Notes under the pieces: model-generated
Told to the model about the DNA's origin: nothing
The model's input: only the letters and a program-made list of their open reading frames with translations
The model's database searches: none
Assembly (NCBI GenBank): GCA_038883655.1
Contig: JAVZLQ010000001.1
Coordinates: 128,001-192,000 of the forward strand
Direction: 5' to 3'
Length of the DNA: 64,000 nucleotides
From: Candidatus Bathyarchaeia archaeon
GTDB taxonomy: Archaea > Thermoproteota > Bathyarchaeia > Bathyarchaeales > Bathycorpusculaceae
Position numbers and translations under genes: made by a program
Shown here: one piece after another, positions 38,016 through 48,655 of the stretch
Layout: every line of letters starts with the position of its first letter
How positions within the stretch are numbered: the stretch's first letter is position 1

Positions 38016-39398
38016 TTGTTTGTTCCAAGGGTTGAGAAGCTTATTGGGATGGAAGTTTATGCTACCCGCTCAAATGGGATAGGCGGAGTTCTCAAACATT
38101 TTCCAGAAGACTTTGTTGTTGAAGAAGTGCTCATTGACGGCTCAAAGGCTGAGGTGGCGCAACCTAAAACCGGTGAAACCAAAACTTTTAACTTTTCAGA
38201 CACAAAAACACGCCGTCTGCTTTGCATTTTGGTTAAGCGAAACTGGGACACGTTTTTGGCTGTTAAAGCCATTGCTGGACAGTTAGGCATAAGTCCGAAG
38301 CAAATTCAGATTGCGGGGATAAAGGACGCGAAAGCCCTAACAGCTCAATACATAACGGTGAAAGGTGTAGATGCTGAAAGTCTAGCTAAACTTAAGGTTA
38401 ACGACATAGAAATCCGCCATATTGGATATTTTAGAGGTGAAATCTCACCGCACTTTCTTCTTGGAAACGATTTCCACATTGTTGTTAGAACTGTAAGGCA
38501 CTCGAAAAGCATGGTGAAAGCGCGGATAGAAAAGGTGATAGAAGAAATTGGGGCGTTAGGCGGTGTTCCAAACTTTTTTGGTCACCAACGCTTCGGCACA
38601 GTCCGTCCAATAACGCATTTTGTCGGCAAAGCCTTAATTCAAGGAAATTTTAGGAAAGCCACAATGCTTTTTCTTGCAAAACCAAGCAGATACGAGCATC
38701 CAGAATCAAGGCAGGCAAGAGAAACTTTAATGGCTACGCAGGACTTCAAAAAAGCCCTAAAAATTTTCCCGAAAAACCTACGTTTTGAACGTTTAATGCT
38801 TGAGCATTTAACCAAAAAGCCAGAAGACTATGTGGGAGCGTTTAGACGGCTGCCAAACAAGCTTTTAAAGCTTTTCATACAAGCATATCAAGCCTATCTC
38901 TTCAACAAATTTTTAAGCGCAAGAATAAGCCGCGGTCTTCTGCTTAACGTGGCGAATGTCGGCGACTATGTGGTTAGTGTTGAGCGAAACGGGCTTCCAA
39001 TGCTAAAAATGCACAAGACTGTGGACAATAAAGCACTTGCCGATGTGAACGCGTCTCTGAAAAGTGGGCGGTTGCGCTTGGCACTTCCACTAATAGGCTT
39101 TAAACAGAAACCTTCAAGGGGGGTTCAAGGCGAAATAGAAAAAGAAATTTTGGAAGAGGAAGGCGTCTCCCAAGAAAATTTTAAAGTTGAATCTATTCCA
39201 GAGATCAGTTCAAAAGGCGAACTTCGAACCATGATAACGCCATTAAGAAACTTTGCACTAGATGAAATATTGAAGGATTCAGCCAACCCATCGAAGAAAG
39301 CTGTTAAACTCCATTTTATGCTGCTTCGCGGCTCCTACGCTACAGTCCTATTACGGGAAATCATGAAAGTACGAAATCCAGTAAAAGCTGGATTTTAA
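38016..39398 (+). CDS. truD: tRNA pseudouridine(13) synthase TruD/Pus7
   Basis: PEDFVVEE, AGIKDAKALTAQ, LGNDF, PNFFGHQRFG, AYQAYLFN, GSYATVLLREI. Confidence 0.93.
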   Translation: MFVPRVEKLIGMEVYATRSNGIGGVLKHFPEDFVVEEVLIDGSKAEVAQPKTGETKTFNFSDTKTRRLLCILVKRNWDTFLAVKAIAGQLGISPKQIQIAGIKDAKALTAQYITVKGVDAESLAKLKVNDIEIRHIGYFRGEISPHFLLGNDFHIVVRTVRHSKSMVKARIEKVIEEIGALGGVPNFFGHQRFGTVRPITHFVGKALIQGNFRKATMLFLAKPSRYEHPESRQARETLMATQDFKKALKIFPKNLRFERLMLEHLTKKPEDYVGAFRRLPNKLLKLFIQAYQAYLFNKFLSARISRGLLLNVANVGDYVVSVERNGLPMLKMHKTVDNKALADVNASLKSGRLRLALPLIGFKQKPSRGVQGEIEKEILEEEGVSQENFKVESIPEISSKGELRTMITPLRNFALDEILKDSANPSKKAVKLHFMLLRGSYATVLLREIMKVRNPVKAGF

Positions 39399-39412
39399 AG
39401 CGTTCAAAGCAT

Positions 39413-40588
39413 TTAGTTCGCTAATTCCTTTTCCGCATTTTCCAATAGCAAATGCTTCTTCTCCGTTGGCACTATAACGTTTGCGGCATACTGATGCCCA
39501 TCGGCAACACCGAAACCCTCTGAAGCCTTCTCCAATAAATTCACCGCCCCCGGGAGACCGCCGCTGTCGATTAGTGACTGCATAGTTTTCGGTACACGCA
39601 TAGATGCCTTGACAAAAGTTTCTTTTAGCCTTCCCCAGTTTGGAATTTCCCTAGGCACGTTTACGAATCCCAAAATGTATTTTTCTGGTTTTATTAGGCT
39701 CTTTTGGTAAGCCAGAAAAGAGCAGAATTGCCCGATCACTTTTGTTCCCATTCCACGGTACATGTCTCCAGCATCAAACCATTGTATGTGCGCTGTTTCC
39801 CTCAACCTTTCACGGTAAAGCCTAGCCAAAACTTGGCGATTAACTTCCTTACGCCTAGCCTCCAAAACTTCAACCTTGCTTTCCACCTCATTGCTTAAGC
39901 CTTCAAGGCAAGCCCTTATTCCGATTTCTGGTCCTCCCTCATAATAGCCCACAGCGCCCAAAATTTGAAGCTTAGAGAACAGCGTGTCCAAGCGTGTTTT
40001 CAGCCTCTGCGCCTCAAAATTTTTGCCTTTCTGCTGAACCACTCCGCTTTTCAAAGCTTCTTCCAAAACCATTTTATTTATTGCTAAGAAACCATCTGGA
40101 ATTTCGCAGCTGCCAACCAAAGCCAAATAGCTTAAGTCAAAATTCTCTTCATTCAGAGCTTTCGCAAACAAGTAACAACATGTGGCTCCAGAAAAGTCTG
40201 TTTCACCTCTAAACCCGTAATTTTCAAGGTTTAAATCCAAAACTTTCGAGTCTGATGAAGGCTTTGGATCATGGTGGTCAAGTATTATCGTAAAATTCTT
40301 GCCCTTGTTGAATTCTGAAATCAAATCCGCATGTGAGGAGCCAATGTCAACATAAAAAATCGTGCTGCCGCTTTTTGAATGCAAGTTAGCTATAACTTCG
40401 GTGTAAACCTTCTCTAAGCAGAACAACTTGGCTTTTACACCTTCCCTTTCCAGCGCCCTTAAGATTATGGCTGCTGCACATAATCCATCAGCATCATCAT
40501 GATGAACTATTAGGGCTTCTTTAGGCTTAGCCGCCCTAAACTCCTTAATAGCCATTTCCAACTTCGACTTAAAATCTTCTAAACTCAA
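39413..40588 (-). CDS. DHH-family phosphoesterase (RecJ/GAN-like)
   Basis: HHDDADG, DIGS, ILDHH, DGHQYAA. Confidence 0.85.
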   Translation of the reverse strand: MSLEDFKSKLEMAIKEFRAAKPKEALIVHHDDADGLCAAAIILRALEREGVKAKLFCLEKVYTEVIANLHSKSGSTIFYVDIGSSHADLISEFNKGKNFTIILDHHDPKPSSDSKVLDLNLENYGFRGETDFSGATCCYLFAKALNEENFDLSYLALVGSCEIPDGFLAINKMVLEEALKSGVVQQKGKNFEAQRLKTRLDTLFSKLQILGAVGYYEGGPEIGIRACLEGLSNEVESKVEVLEARRKEVNRQVLARLYRERLRETAHIQWFDAGDMYRGMGTKVIGQFCSFLAYQKSLIKPEKYILGFVNVPREIPNWGRLKETFVKASMRVPKTMQSLIDSGGLPGAVNLLEKASEGFGVADGHQYAANVIVPTEKKHLLLENAEKELAN

Positions 40589-40601
40589 ACTTTTACACCT
40601 C

Positions 40602-41144
40602 TTAACCTATAGTCTTCAACAGGTCCGAGCGGGTTATTATCCCAACAATTTCTTTGCCGCGCACAACCAAAACTCCTGGGTGTCTCTCAAGCAGTGGGCG
40701 TATTGAGTCTATTGGTGTTTCTTCCGAAACCGTGGGTAGCGGCGGACCCATTATCTCCTTCACTTTGGCTTCTGCAATGTCAGCGTCAAGATTCCTTATT
40801 ATGTCTTCTTCTGTTATTGTTCCAATAACCCTTCCCTTGTCTAAGACTGGCATCTGCGATATTGCATTGTGCACCATGATTTCGCTTACTTTAAAGATGC
40901 TGTTGTTTGGCTTCGCGAAAATCACACCCGTCGTCATCAAATCCTTGCATTTCAACTTTTTTCCGCCAGCTAAAACTTCCAAAATCCTATTTATTGTTGA
41001 AAGCCGCGGGTCAACTTTTCCCTGCTCTATCTTTGCTATGTGTGCTTGTGAGACTCCAACAAGTTCGGCTAATTTTTTCTGAGTTAGCCCCGCTTCGGTT
41101 CTTAACCTTTTTAGGTGGTTTCCAGTTATCGCCAAAATAACCAC
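40602..41144 (-). CDS. XRE-HTH + CBS-pair transcriptional regulator
   Basis: GLTQKKLAELVGVSQAHIAKIEQGKVDPRLST; ISQMPV, GIITRSD. Confidence 0.9.
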   Translation of the reverse strand: MVILAITGNHLKRLRTEAGLTQKKLAELVGVSQAHIAKIEQGKVDPRLSTINRILEVLAGGKKLKCKDLMTTGVIFAKPNNSIFKVSEIMVHNAISQMPVLDKGRVIGTITEEDIIRNLDADIAEAKVKEIMGPPLPTVSEETPIDSIRPLLERHPGVLVVRGKEIVGIITRSDLLKTIG

Positions 41145-41222
41145 CAGTTATTACTCTATATAAACTGATACAGTAAAATATATATTTGTTATCGCGCATA
41201 CACCATAAACTTCGCGGATGGA

Positions 41223-42440
41223 ATGTTTAAAATGCGAAACATAATTGTTGAAGACTTAAAGCAAACTCCGCTGGAAAAGCAGCGCATAGAAATAGTTGAA
41301 AGAAAAGGTTTGGGACACCCAGATTATATATGCGACGCTGTTATGGACCAAATTTCAATCTGCCTAAGCAAAGAATATCTGGAAAAGGCGGGCACAATAC
41401 TGCACCATAACGTTGACAAGTCCTTGCTTGTGGCTGGCGAAGCAGAACCAAAATTTGGAGGAGGCGCAGTTAAGCAGCCAATGCTCTTTGTTTTTGGCGA
41501 TAGGGCAACATCAGAGGTTAACGGCACAAAAATTGACGTTGCAAGTATAGCTGTAAACGTTGCAAAGCAGTGGTTTAAGCAGAACATGCGCTTCATAGAC
41601 CCAGAAAGGCATGTGAAATATCAGGTTGAGTTGAAACCTGGCTCAGCTGGGCTTGTTGACATTTTTAAGCGTAAGGGCAAAGTTTTAGGCGCCAATGACA
41701 CTTCTGCCGCTGTTGGTTATGCGCCTATGACAAGAACTGAAAAGATTGTTTTGAAAACTGAAAGGTTTCTGAATTCTAAAGAATTTAAGGAGCGTTTTCC
41801 AGAGTCTGGGGAAGACATAAAGGTTATGGGCTTTAGAGCCAACAACAGCCTAAACTTGACAATTTCAATGGCTTTTGTCGACCGCTATGTGTACAGCGAG
41901 GATGACTACTTTGAAAAGAAAGCGAAAATCCTAGAAGAAATTGAACGTTATGTGGAAGCGAACACGGACTTCGACAAAATCAACGTTCAACTAAACACTT
42001 TGGACATGCGTGGGAGGGGCATAGGAGGCGTATACTTGACAGTCCTAGGTACAAGTGCCGACAGCGGAGACTCTGGACAAGTTGGGAGGGGCAACCGCGT
42101 AAACGGCCTAATATCGTTAAATAGGCCCTTCTGCTCTGAGGCTGCAGCTGGCAAGAACCCAGTTAGCCACGTTGGAAAAATCTATAACGTTTTAACCTAC
42201 AAGATAGCCCAGCATGTGTACGAGGAAGTTCCAGAAGTTGAGGAGGTTTACATTTGGCTTTTGAGCAAAATAGGCAGTCCAATCGACCAGCCAGCTGTCG
42301 CTGCAGCCCAAGTTATAATGAAGGGTGGCAACTCGCTTGACAAGGTTAGGCATGAGATAAGCAATGTGCTGAATTATGAGCTTGAAAACATAGACAAGTT
42401 TTGCATGGAACTTGCTCAAGGAAAAATACAAACATACTAA
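41223..42440 (+). CDS. mat: S-adenosylmethionine synthetase, archaeal type
   Basis: EIVERKGLGHPD, HHNVDK, ANDTS, GEDIKVMG, DSGQVGRGNR, AGKNPVSHVGKIYN. Confidence 0.95.
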   Translation: MFKMRNIIVEDLKQTPLEKQRIEIVERKGLGHPDYICDAVMDQISICLSKEYLEKAGTILHHNVDKSLLVAGEAEPKFGGGAVKQPMLFVFGDRATSEVNGTKIDVASIAVNVAKQWFKQNMRFIDPERHVKYQVELKPGSAGLVDIFKRKGKVLGANDTSAAVGYAPMTRTEKIVLKTERFLNSKEFKERFPESGEDIKVMGFRANNSLNLTISMAFVDRYVYSEDDYFEKKAKILEEIERYVEANTDFDKINVQLNTLDMRGRGIGGVYLTVLGTSADSGDSGQVGRGNRVNGLISLNRPFCSEAAAGKNPVSHVGKIYNVLTYKIAQHVYEEVPEVEEVYIWLLSKIGSPIDQPAVAAAQVIMKGGNSLDKVRHEISNVLNYELENIDKFCMELAQGKIQTY

Positions 42441-42504
42441 CAATTAATTTATGCTTCACGCAGCCTATTTTTAGCGCATTGCACAGTTAAATGAGGATTT
42501 ACGT

Positions 42505-43614
42505 ATGCAGAAAAGCACATTTAAGATTCTAGCTGTTGTTGCAAGCATATTCTTCTTCACAAACTACTTGACTGGAATGTTCCTTCCAGTATATTATGTA
42601 GAATTGGGCCTAAACATAGGCGAAATAGTTTCACTCCTGTTAATAACGTTCTTAATAGTTGGCCTCCTCCCAACACTTCTACTCAAACTCACCAAAAACT
42701 TTGAAAGAATAATTTGCCTCGGAATAGTTTTCACTATGCTATTTTACGCGGCACTAATCTACGTTAAAAACCCAGTACTGCTCGGAATAGCCTACGGCCT
42801 AAGCATAGCAATGTTCTGGCCGAGCTTCAACCTCTTACAGTTTAGGTTAAGCACTTCAAGTATCAGGGCGAGAACCGTAAGCCTATTCTCCTCAATAATA
42901 CCATCAATCGCCAGCATAATCGGCCCAGCAGCCGGAGGCTTCATCATAGAAAGCTTCAAGTTTCAATTCCTTTTCGCCTTGTCCATAATATTGTATCTTG
43001 CCGCCTTATCCTTCTCCACGCGTATAACGTTTAGAACCGAAACTTGTGGTTTATCAATTCCGAGGGGGAGAAAATTCCTAATCTTCTTTGCAACATTTAT
43101 TCTTTTTGGCATGACTGAGGCTTACTGGCTTGCATACCCGCTTTTCGTTAACAAAATTTCAGAGACAATTTCTATGATGGGGTTGGTTCTTTCCGCTGCA
43201 AGCATTATTATGTCTGTTATAACGTTTCTTGTTAACTGGCTTTCAGACATCAAAATGCGACGTGTCGAATTCACAGTTATAGGCGTATTATTAAATGCTT
43301 TATGGTTTTTCCTGATAGGCTACGCTTCAACGCCACACGAGATAGTTCTATTATCCATCCTGTCTGGCTTGGCAGGCGCCTTCACACTTTCATGGTTTGC
43401 ACACTACGGAGATTCCTTCAGCAAAGAACACTACGCAAGCACACTTGTTCTTATGGAAGTAGGCCTAATGATTGGAAGGATGATAAACCTCTTACCCACG
43501 TTCATTTTACTTCCAGAAGAAAACTTTTCTGGCTACTTTAGGCTTTTGGGGGCGTTCTCGTTGATGCTGATCCCAACGCTTTTAATAAGCAAAACAAGGC
43601 TGATTAATCGTTAA
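42505..43614 (+). CDS. MFS-type membrane transporter
   Basis: About 12 hydrophobic segments; IIGPAAGGFII, WLSD...RR. Confidence 0.8.
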   Translation: MQKSTFKILAVVASIFFFTNYLTGMFLPVYYVELGLNIGEIVSLLLITFLIVGLLPTLLLKLTKNFERIICLGIVFTMLFYAALIYVKNPVLLGIAYGLSIAMFWPSFNLLQFRLSTSSIRARTVSLFSSIIPSIASIIGPAAGGFIIESFKFQFLFALSIILYLAALSFSTRITFRTETCGLSIPRGRKFLIFFATFILFGMTEAYWLAYPLFVNKISETISMMGLVLSAASIIMSVITFLVNWLSDIKMRRVEFTVIGVLLNALWFFLIGYASTPHEIVLLSILSGLAGAFTLSWFAHYGDSFSKEHYASTLVLMEVGLMIGRMINLLPTFILLPEENFSGYFRLLGAFSLMLIPTLLISKTRLINR

Positions 43615-43655
43615 AACTTAAAAGCGCTTGGTGGCTGAACTGTAAGACAGCGTGG

Positions 43656-43922
43656 TTGCGTATGACGGAAGCATCGGAAAAATTGCCAATATCCGAATTC
43701 TACAAGGTTGTTGATTACGTCACAATTTTTAAGAGTGAAAAATGGTGGGAAGCCATAGTTGTCTTTGAATCCTATGGGCGGCGCTCAATAGGCTTATACC
43801 TTTGGCAAAAAAGGAACGACGCGTGGAAGCGAAAACACAAGTTTAACATAAGGAACCTCGACGAATGGAATAAACTTAAAAGTGCAATAGAACAGTTAAC
43901 GCCAAAACTTGCTTTAAAGTAG
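43656..43922 (+). CDS. Conserved hypothetical protein (aromatic/basic beta-strands plus a C-terminal helix)
   Basis: 88-aa ORF in the same orientation as its neighbours: TIFKSEKWWEAIV, LYLWQKR, WKRKHKF. Confidence 0.65.
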   Translation: MRMTEASEKLPISEFYKVVDYVTIFKSEKWWEAIVVFESYGRRSIGLYLWQKRNDAWKRKHKFNIRNLDEWNKLKSAIEQLTPKLALK

Positions 43923-44029
43923 CTTTTTGCCTTTAAACTCTGTATTTTTAATTCGTATTCAAAAACAGAATCTAAAATTGAATAATTTTATTAATTAACC
44001 CGCATAACAAAAAACAGAAGGCGAGCATC

Positions 44030-44425
44030 ATGGAATCCGAAGAAGCACAAGGTGAAGGAATACTCTCAGAAGATGAAGTTCAAGAGGAAGAAAGCGCCGA
44101 ACAGGATGAACTGGTGGCAGAAGCAGAAGCGCTTGAAGAAAGAGAGCAAGAAAGAGAAGCGCAAAAAACCAAAGCAAACAATCAAACTGAAGATAGAAGC
44201 AGTTTCGTCCACGGGCTTTCCGTTGGGCTAGGCGTTGGTTGCATTGCCACATTCATTATAGTTTGGGTTTCATTATTCTTTACGCCGCAGCTGCCTCAAG
44301 CGATCACTTATGAAAATCTGCTCTCGGTATTCATTTATCCGCTCATTTACTTGTTGGCTGTTGGTCTAGTAGCCCTAACAGCGGGCATAGTGAGAGAATA
44401 CTATTCAACAAGAGGCAAAATCTAA
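44030..44425 (+). CDS. Hypothetical membrane protein (acidic N-terminus, 2 TM segments)
   Basis: Glu-rich first ~50 aa followed by two hydrophobic segments. Confidence 0.7.
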   Translation: MESEEAQGEGILSEDEVQEEESAEQDELVAEAEALEEREQEREAQKTKANNQTEDRSSFVHGLSVGLGVGCIATFIIVWVSLFFTPQLPQAITYENLLSVFIYPLIYLLAVGLVALTAGIVREYYSTRGKI

Positions 44426-44495
44426 AAAGGGCGTAGAATAAGCAATCTTTTCCGAAACTAATTTCTTTTAGCGATGAATGTTGAACGTTTAAGGG

Positions 44496-45230
44496 TTAGC
44501 TTAATTCTTTTGCGTGGAATTCTCCAGCGGTTATCTCGTCATACCATTCTTTATTTTTAGGCATGGCAAGAATTTCCAAAATTTGAAACCTTTGCTCCTT
44601 CTTCTTGCTGAACATGCATGGGGAATAGGTTGACTTCGCCACTATAGCTGTGTCTGCACCTTTGTCTGTCCCTGCAATCGAAATTACATTTTCAAACGGT
44701 GGTATCGCTCCACAGTCAGTTGCAAGCAATATTGCTTCAACAGCCGTTTTAAAACCGTAACCACCAACTGCTAGCAGCGTTTCATAAACCGCCCAGCTTG
44801 CCGGGACAAAGCCATATCTGGCTAAACCATAATCCACATTGTCACCAAGCGGTGAGGGCATGTTGTCAATAATCGTAACCTTCAATTTCTCCAATAGTTT
44901 TCTGGTTTTCACATTAATGTATGGATGCTTTTTAACCCTACGATCTGTTTCGCTAAAGGTTTGCCAGAAGGGAGGCCCAGAGACGCATACAACAGAAACT
45001 TTAGCATTCCTTAACGCCCTACCAACTTTTAATGCCGTTTGACCAGTAATGGATGCAACAACAACGAATTTCACATCACCATCCTTAACACGACCTCGTA
45101 CAACCTCAACAACTTTATCAGTATTTTTAACACCAGGCAAATCAAAATAGACTATACTTTTTGTAACATGATCAGTCATATTACCACAATGATAATTTAA
45201 GGCACAAAAGTGTGATTTAAAATTATCCAA
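44496..45230 (-). CDS. Pyruvate-kinase C-terminal-like domain protein (MTH1675-like)
   Basis: YFDLPGVKNT, VVASITGQTA, GFKTAVEAILLATDCG, AGTDKGADTA, ILEILAMP; probable start 45179. Confidence 0.8.
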   Translation of the reverse strand: MDNFKSHFCALNYHCGNMTDHVTKSIVYFDLPGVKNTDKVVEVVRGRVKDGDVKFVVVASITGQTALKVGRALRNAKVSVVCVSGPPFWQTFSETDRRVKKHPYINVKTRKLLEKLKVTIIDNMPSPLGDNVDYGLARYGFVPASWAVYETLLAVGGYGFKTAVEAILLATDCGAIPPFENVISIAGTDKGADTAIVAKSTYSPCMFSKKKEQRFQILEILAMPKNKEWYDEITAGEFHAKELS

Positions 45231-45254
45231 CTAGCGGATTGTATAGACTCTAAT

Positions 45255-45797
45255 TTAAAGCCTAACACTTACTTCAAGGCCGCCCGCATCTGCTGGCACA
45301 TGTCTACTTGCATATTTTCTTGAACGTCTCACATAATCAAGATAGTCCGGCGCATGTTCCACGTTATCTGCAATCACAACGCTTCCTTTGTGGAGTTTGC
45401 CCTCGACTAGCCGTAGATAATCTAGATATTGCTGTTTCTCAGCATCTATGAAAACAAGATCAAACTTGCCCATTAACTTCGGAATTATTTTAAGAGCGTC
45501 GCCCACTAAAACTTTAACCTTCGGCGGTATTTCCGCCCTTTTTATGTTGTTCCTCGCAATTTCTGCTGCATGAGAGTCGATCTCTATGGTAATTAAAAGG
45601 GCATCACTTCCCAACTCTTTTCCCATAAGAATCGTAGAATAACCAACAAAGGTTCCTATTTCTAAAACACGTTTAGGCTTAAACTTGCGAATAGTTTCAA
45701 CTAAAATTCGACCTCTAACAGGCCCAACGATTGGCAGAAACTCGCCCTGTTTAATTTTGCTTTCAATCTCGCTCAAAACCTTCTCCGCTTTGCTCAT
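45255..45797 (-). CDS. SAM-dependent O-methyltransferase (family 3)
   Basis: VLEIGTFVGYS, FDLVFIDAEK, VIADNV. Confidence 0.9.
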   Translation of the reverse strand: MSKAEKVLSEIESKIKQGEFLPIVGPVRGRILVETIRKFKPKRVLEIGTFVGYSTILMGKELGSDALLITIEIDSHAAEIARNNIKRAEIPPKVKVLVGDALKIIPKLMGKFDLVFIDAEKQQYLDYLRLVEGKLHKGSVVIADNVEHAPDYLDYVRRSRKYASRHVPADAGGLEVSVRL

Positions 45798-45957
45798 TTA
45801 TTCTTCTCCAACTTTCAAGCGTTCAACGGCTTTGGTCGTGCGATAAAAACTTTTCGAAAACATCTAAACATTAAAGCGCAGAATATAATTTTATTGTCAT
45901 CATTAGTGGCTTAAAACTATAATAGTTTTATATTTTATATATTAAATGGAATTGTGA

Positions 45958-46593
45958 ATGTTAATGTCATCCAAGCTAAAGAAGTTCCTGGAAAGTGTTG
46001 TTGAAGAAAGAGCGCCAGGGCCATCTCCAACCTTCTCTGTTTTTCATTTGTTGCATGCAATAGAGCTTATTGCTGAGAAAAAGTTGGGCAGAGGTAAGCT
46101 TGCTGAAAGTCTAAACGTGGGCGAGGGTGCTGCACGCACAATTGTTGATAGGCTAAGAGATGCTGGACTTATTAAGACTTCAAGGTCTGGGTGTGTGCTC
46201 ACCGATGAGGGTGTTAAATTTTGGAATAGTTACAGGTCAATTTTTGTGAAGAAGGCTGAAATTGGAAAGAACGAGTTGACACTTTCAGATTACAATTTTG
46301 CAATTTTAGTGAGAAATCGCGGAGACAAAATAAAGTATGGAATTGAGCAGCGGGACGCGGCGATAAGAACTGGGGCGAAAGGAGCTACGACCATGATTTT
46401 TGTTGGCGGTCGGTTGAAAGTGCCATCAATTAGTGAAAATGCTAAAAGTGACTTTCCAGAGGCAGCGTCCCAAATATTTAGGCTTTTTAAGCCAGAAGAA
46501 AACGACGTCATAATAATAGCAAGCGCCGAAGATGCGAAAAGTGCTAATTATGGCGCGCTTGCAGCAGCATGGACCCTGCTTGAGGACTGCTAG
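45958..46593 (+). CDS. wHTH + DUF4443-like protein
   Basis: GRGKLAESLNVGEGAARTI; GIEQRDAAIRTGAKGATT. Confidence 0.75.
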   Translation: MLMSSKLKKFLESVVEERAPGPSPTFSVFHLLHAIELIAEKKLGRGKLAESLNVGEGAARTIVDRLRDAGLIKTSRSGCVLTDEGVKFWNSYRSIFVKKAEIGKNELTLSDYNFAILVRNRGDKIKYGIEQRDAAIRTGAKGATTMIFVGGRLKVPSISENAKSDFPEAASQIFRLFKPEENDVIIIASAEDAKSANYGALAAAWTLLEDC

Positions 46594-46662
46594 CCAAACC
46601 CTATTGCCTTAAAACTTATCAAGACTGTAAAACATTAAAGTAGGCGGGGGGACACCCATAAA

Positions 46663-48033
46663 ATGGCGGAAATCAATAAGCTTGAAGACTTCATTTTTGA
46701 AAAGATGTCTGCAACGCATATACCAGGCTTAAGTATAGCCGCAGTCAAAGAAAATGAGACTGTATATAGCAGAGGCTTTTGTTTTAGGGATTTGGAGTAT
46801 GGACTTAGAGCTACACCAGAAACGTTGTATGGCGTAGGCTCTGTAACAAAATCTTTCACGGCGCTATCCATTATGCAACTTGCAGAAAGCGGTAAACTGA
46901 GCTTAGACGACTATGTAGACAAGTATATTCCGCTAGAACTTAAGCCGATGGGCGCTCCAGTGAAGGTATGGCATTTGCTCTGCCACGCTTCTGGTATACC
47001 CGCGCTTGCGTATGCTGAGGCTCTTATCCGCTACTTGACTGGAGCTGGCGATAAGTGGATTCCAATAGCAAGTCATGAAGACATAATCACGTTCATGAGG
47101 GAAGCCAACGAGTGGGCTTTAACCAAGCCCGGCGAAAGGTGGTTTTACCTGAACGAGGGCTACGTGATTTTGGGCTATATTATCGAGAAACTTTCTGGAA
47201 TGAACTACGAAGATTACGTTAGAGAAAAAATTCTGAAACCATTGCACATGAACCGAAGCTTCTTCAAGAAGACCGATGTTGAGGTAGACCCAAACGTTGC
47301 CGTGCCATATATAATCACGAGAGACGGCGAATGCAAAAAGTCTGTGCATCCCTACGGCGTTTATGCTGACGGCGGTCTAATAAGCAACGTTCTGGACTTA
47401 GCAAACTACATAAGGATGTATCTAAACCGTGGAAGCTACAAGGGCACAACATTAATCTCGCGTGAAGGCATCGAAGAAATGGAGAAGCCTCGCGTGCCCT
47501 TGCCGCTTCAGGTTTTCGGCGGAGAATCCTATGGTTATGGTTTGATGATTAACCCAAATTTCTTCGGCAAAAAACTTGTTGGTCATGGCGGCTCCGTTCT
47601 GGTTTACACGGCATATATTGGGTACATACCCGAGAAAAATGTTGGAATAGCTGTGCTTGCAAACGGAAGCGGCTATCCGCTTTCGCAAATTGGACTTTAC
47701 GGGCTGGCGCTTATGATTGGCGAAAATCCAGAAAACCTACCATTCATGAAATATGAGCGGACGTACGACTTGTTGACAGGGTTATACGAAACCTACAAGG
47801 AAACCATGAAGGCGCAAGTCATTAGCAAAGGCGGAATCCTACAGCTTGAAATTAAGGACAAGTACACGGATATGATTATACCGTTAATTCCAGAAGATAT
47901 AGAGGGTCAAGTAAAAAGGTTTTATGCCATCCAATCTGGTGGTAAGCTTCCAGTTGAGTTTATGGTTGAAGGAGAAAAAGTGGAACTGGTTTATGAAAGG
48001 TATAGGCTAAAGAAGGTTGGCGATTTAAAGTAG
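46663..48033 (+). CDS. Serine hydrolase, beta-lactamase class C / Pab87-type peptidase
   Basis: SVTK (SxxK), LLCHASG, YLN (YxN), GHGG; C-terminal extension resembling Pab87. Confidence 0.88.
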   Translation: MAEINKLEDFIFEKMSATHIPGLSIAAVKENETVYSRGFCFRDLEYGLRATPETLYGVGSVTKSFTALSIMQLAESGKLSLDDYVDKYIPLELKPMGAPVKVWHLLCHASGIPALAYAEALIRYLTGAGDKWIPIASHEDIITFMREANEWALTKPGERWFYLNEGYVILGYIIEKLSGMNYEDYVREKILKPLHMNRSFFKKTDVEVDPNVAVPYIITRDGECKKSVHPYGVYADGGLISNVLDLANYIRMYLNRGSYKGTTLISREGIEEMEKPRVPLPLQVFGGESYGYGLMINPNFFGKKLVGHGGSVLVYTAYIGYIPEKNVGIAVLANGSGYPLSQIGLYGLALMIGENPENLPFMKYERTYDLLTGLYETYKETMKAQVISKGGILQLEIKDKYTDMIIPLIPEDIEGQVKRFYAIQSGGKLPVEFMVEGEKVELVYERYRLKKVGDLK

Positions 48034-48645
48034 CGCCGAAATGATAAACCATATCCCGAAGCCAGTTAAGATGGCAAAACAAAAACCGAAAACGGCATCG
48101 CAAACCATCTTTGTCCAAAAGCGCCTCGACTTGAAAACCGTAAGCGAAACAAAAACGTTCCAAATCAAATCGCAAGACCAGTGAACCACGGCGAACAATA
48201 AAAAGCCTATATGTCCAAAAGAGGCTGCATTCATAACCAGAAAAGCCCCGATGGTAGCCCACCACAAAAGGAAATACGGGTTTCCAGCAGTAGCCAAAAT
48301 TCCAGAAACAATCGAGCCATACTTGAGGAATGGAGATTCGCTTCCAACTTCCCTTCTGGTCTTGAGCATTTTAAACCCTAAATAAACCATTAAAATTCCG
48401 CCAACAAAACCTATGGCTTTCTGAACAAAAAGCGAGGCTAAAATCCAATTGAAACCAAGATAAATTAGAAACATTAATGGAAACTCTACAATGCCATGAC
48501 CAACAGATATTAGGACTCCGGCGTTTTTATCTCTGCTTGACTTGGCAATGGTAACCGCGAACAATGGTCCAGGCGACATAACCCCCGATAAAGATACTAG
48601 GATTACCGAGAGCAAAAAGAGGTGGAAATCCGTTATTAACTCCAT
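48025..48645 (-). CDS. LysE-family exporter
   Basis: SGVMSPGP, GHGIVE, NPYFLLWW. Confidence 0.88.
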   Translation of the reverse strand: MELITDFHLFLLSVILVSLSGVMSPGPLFAVTIAKSSRDKNAGVLISVGHGIVEFPLMFLIYLGFNWILASLFVQKAIGFVGGILMVYLGFKMLKTRREVGSESPFLKYGSIVSGILATAGNPYFLLWWATIGAFLVMNAASFGHIGFLLFAVVHWSCDLIWNVFVSLTVFKSRRFWTKMVCDAVFGFCFAILTGFGIWFIISALL

Positions 48646-48655
48646 CGTCTAGCCT

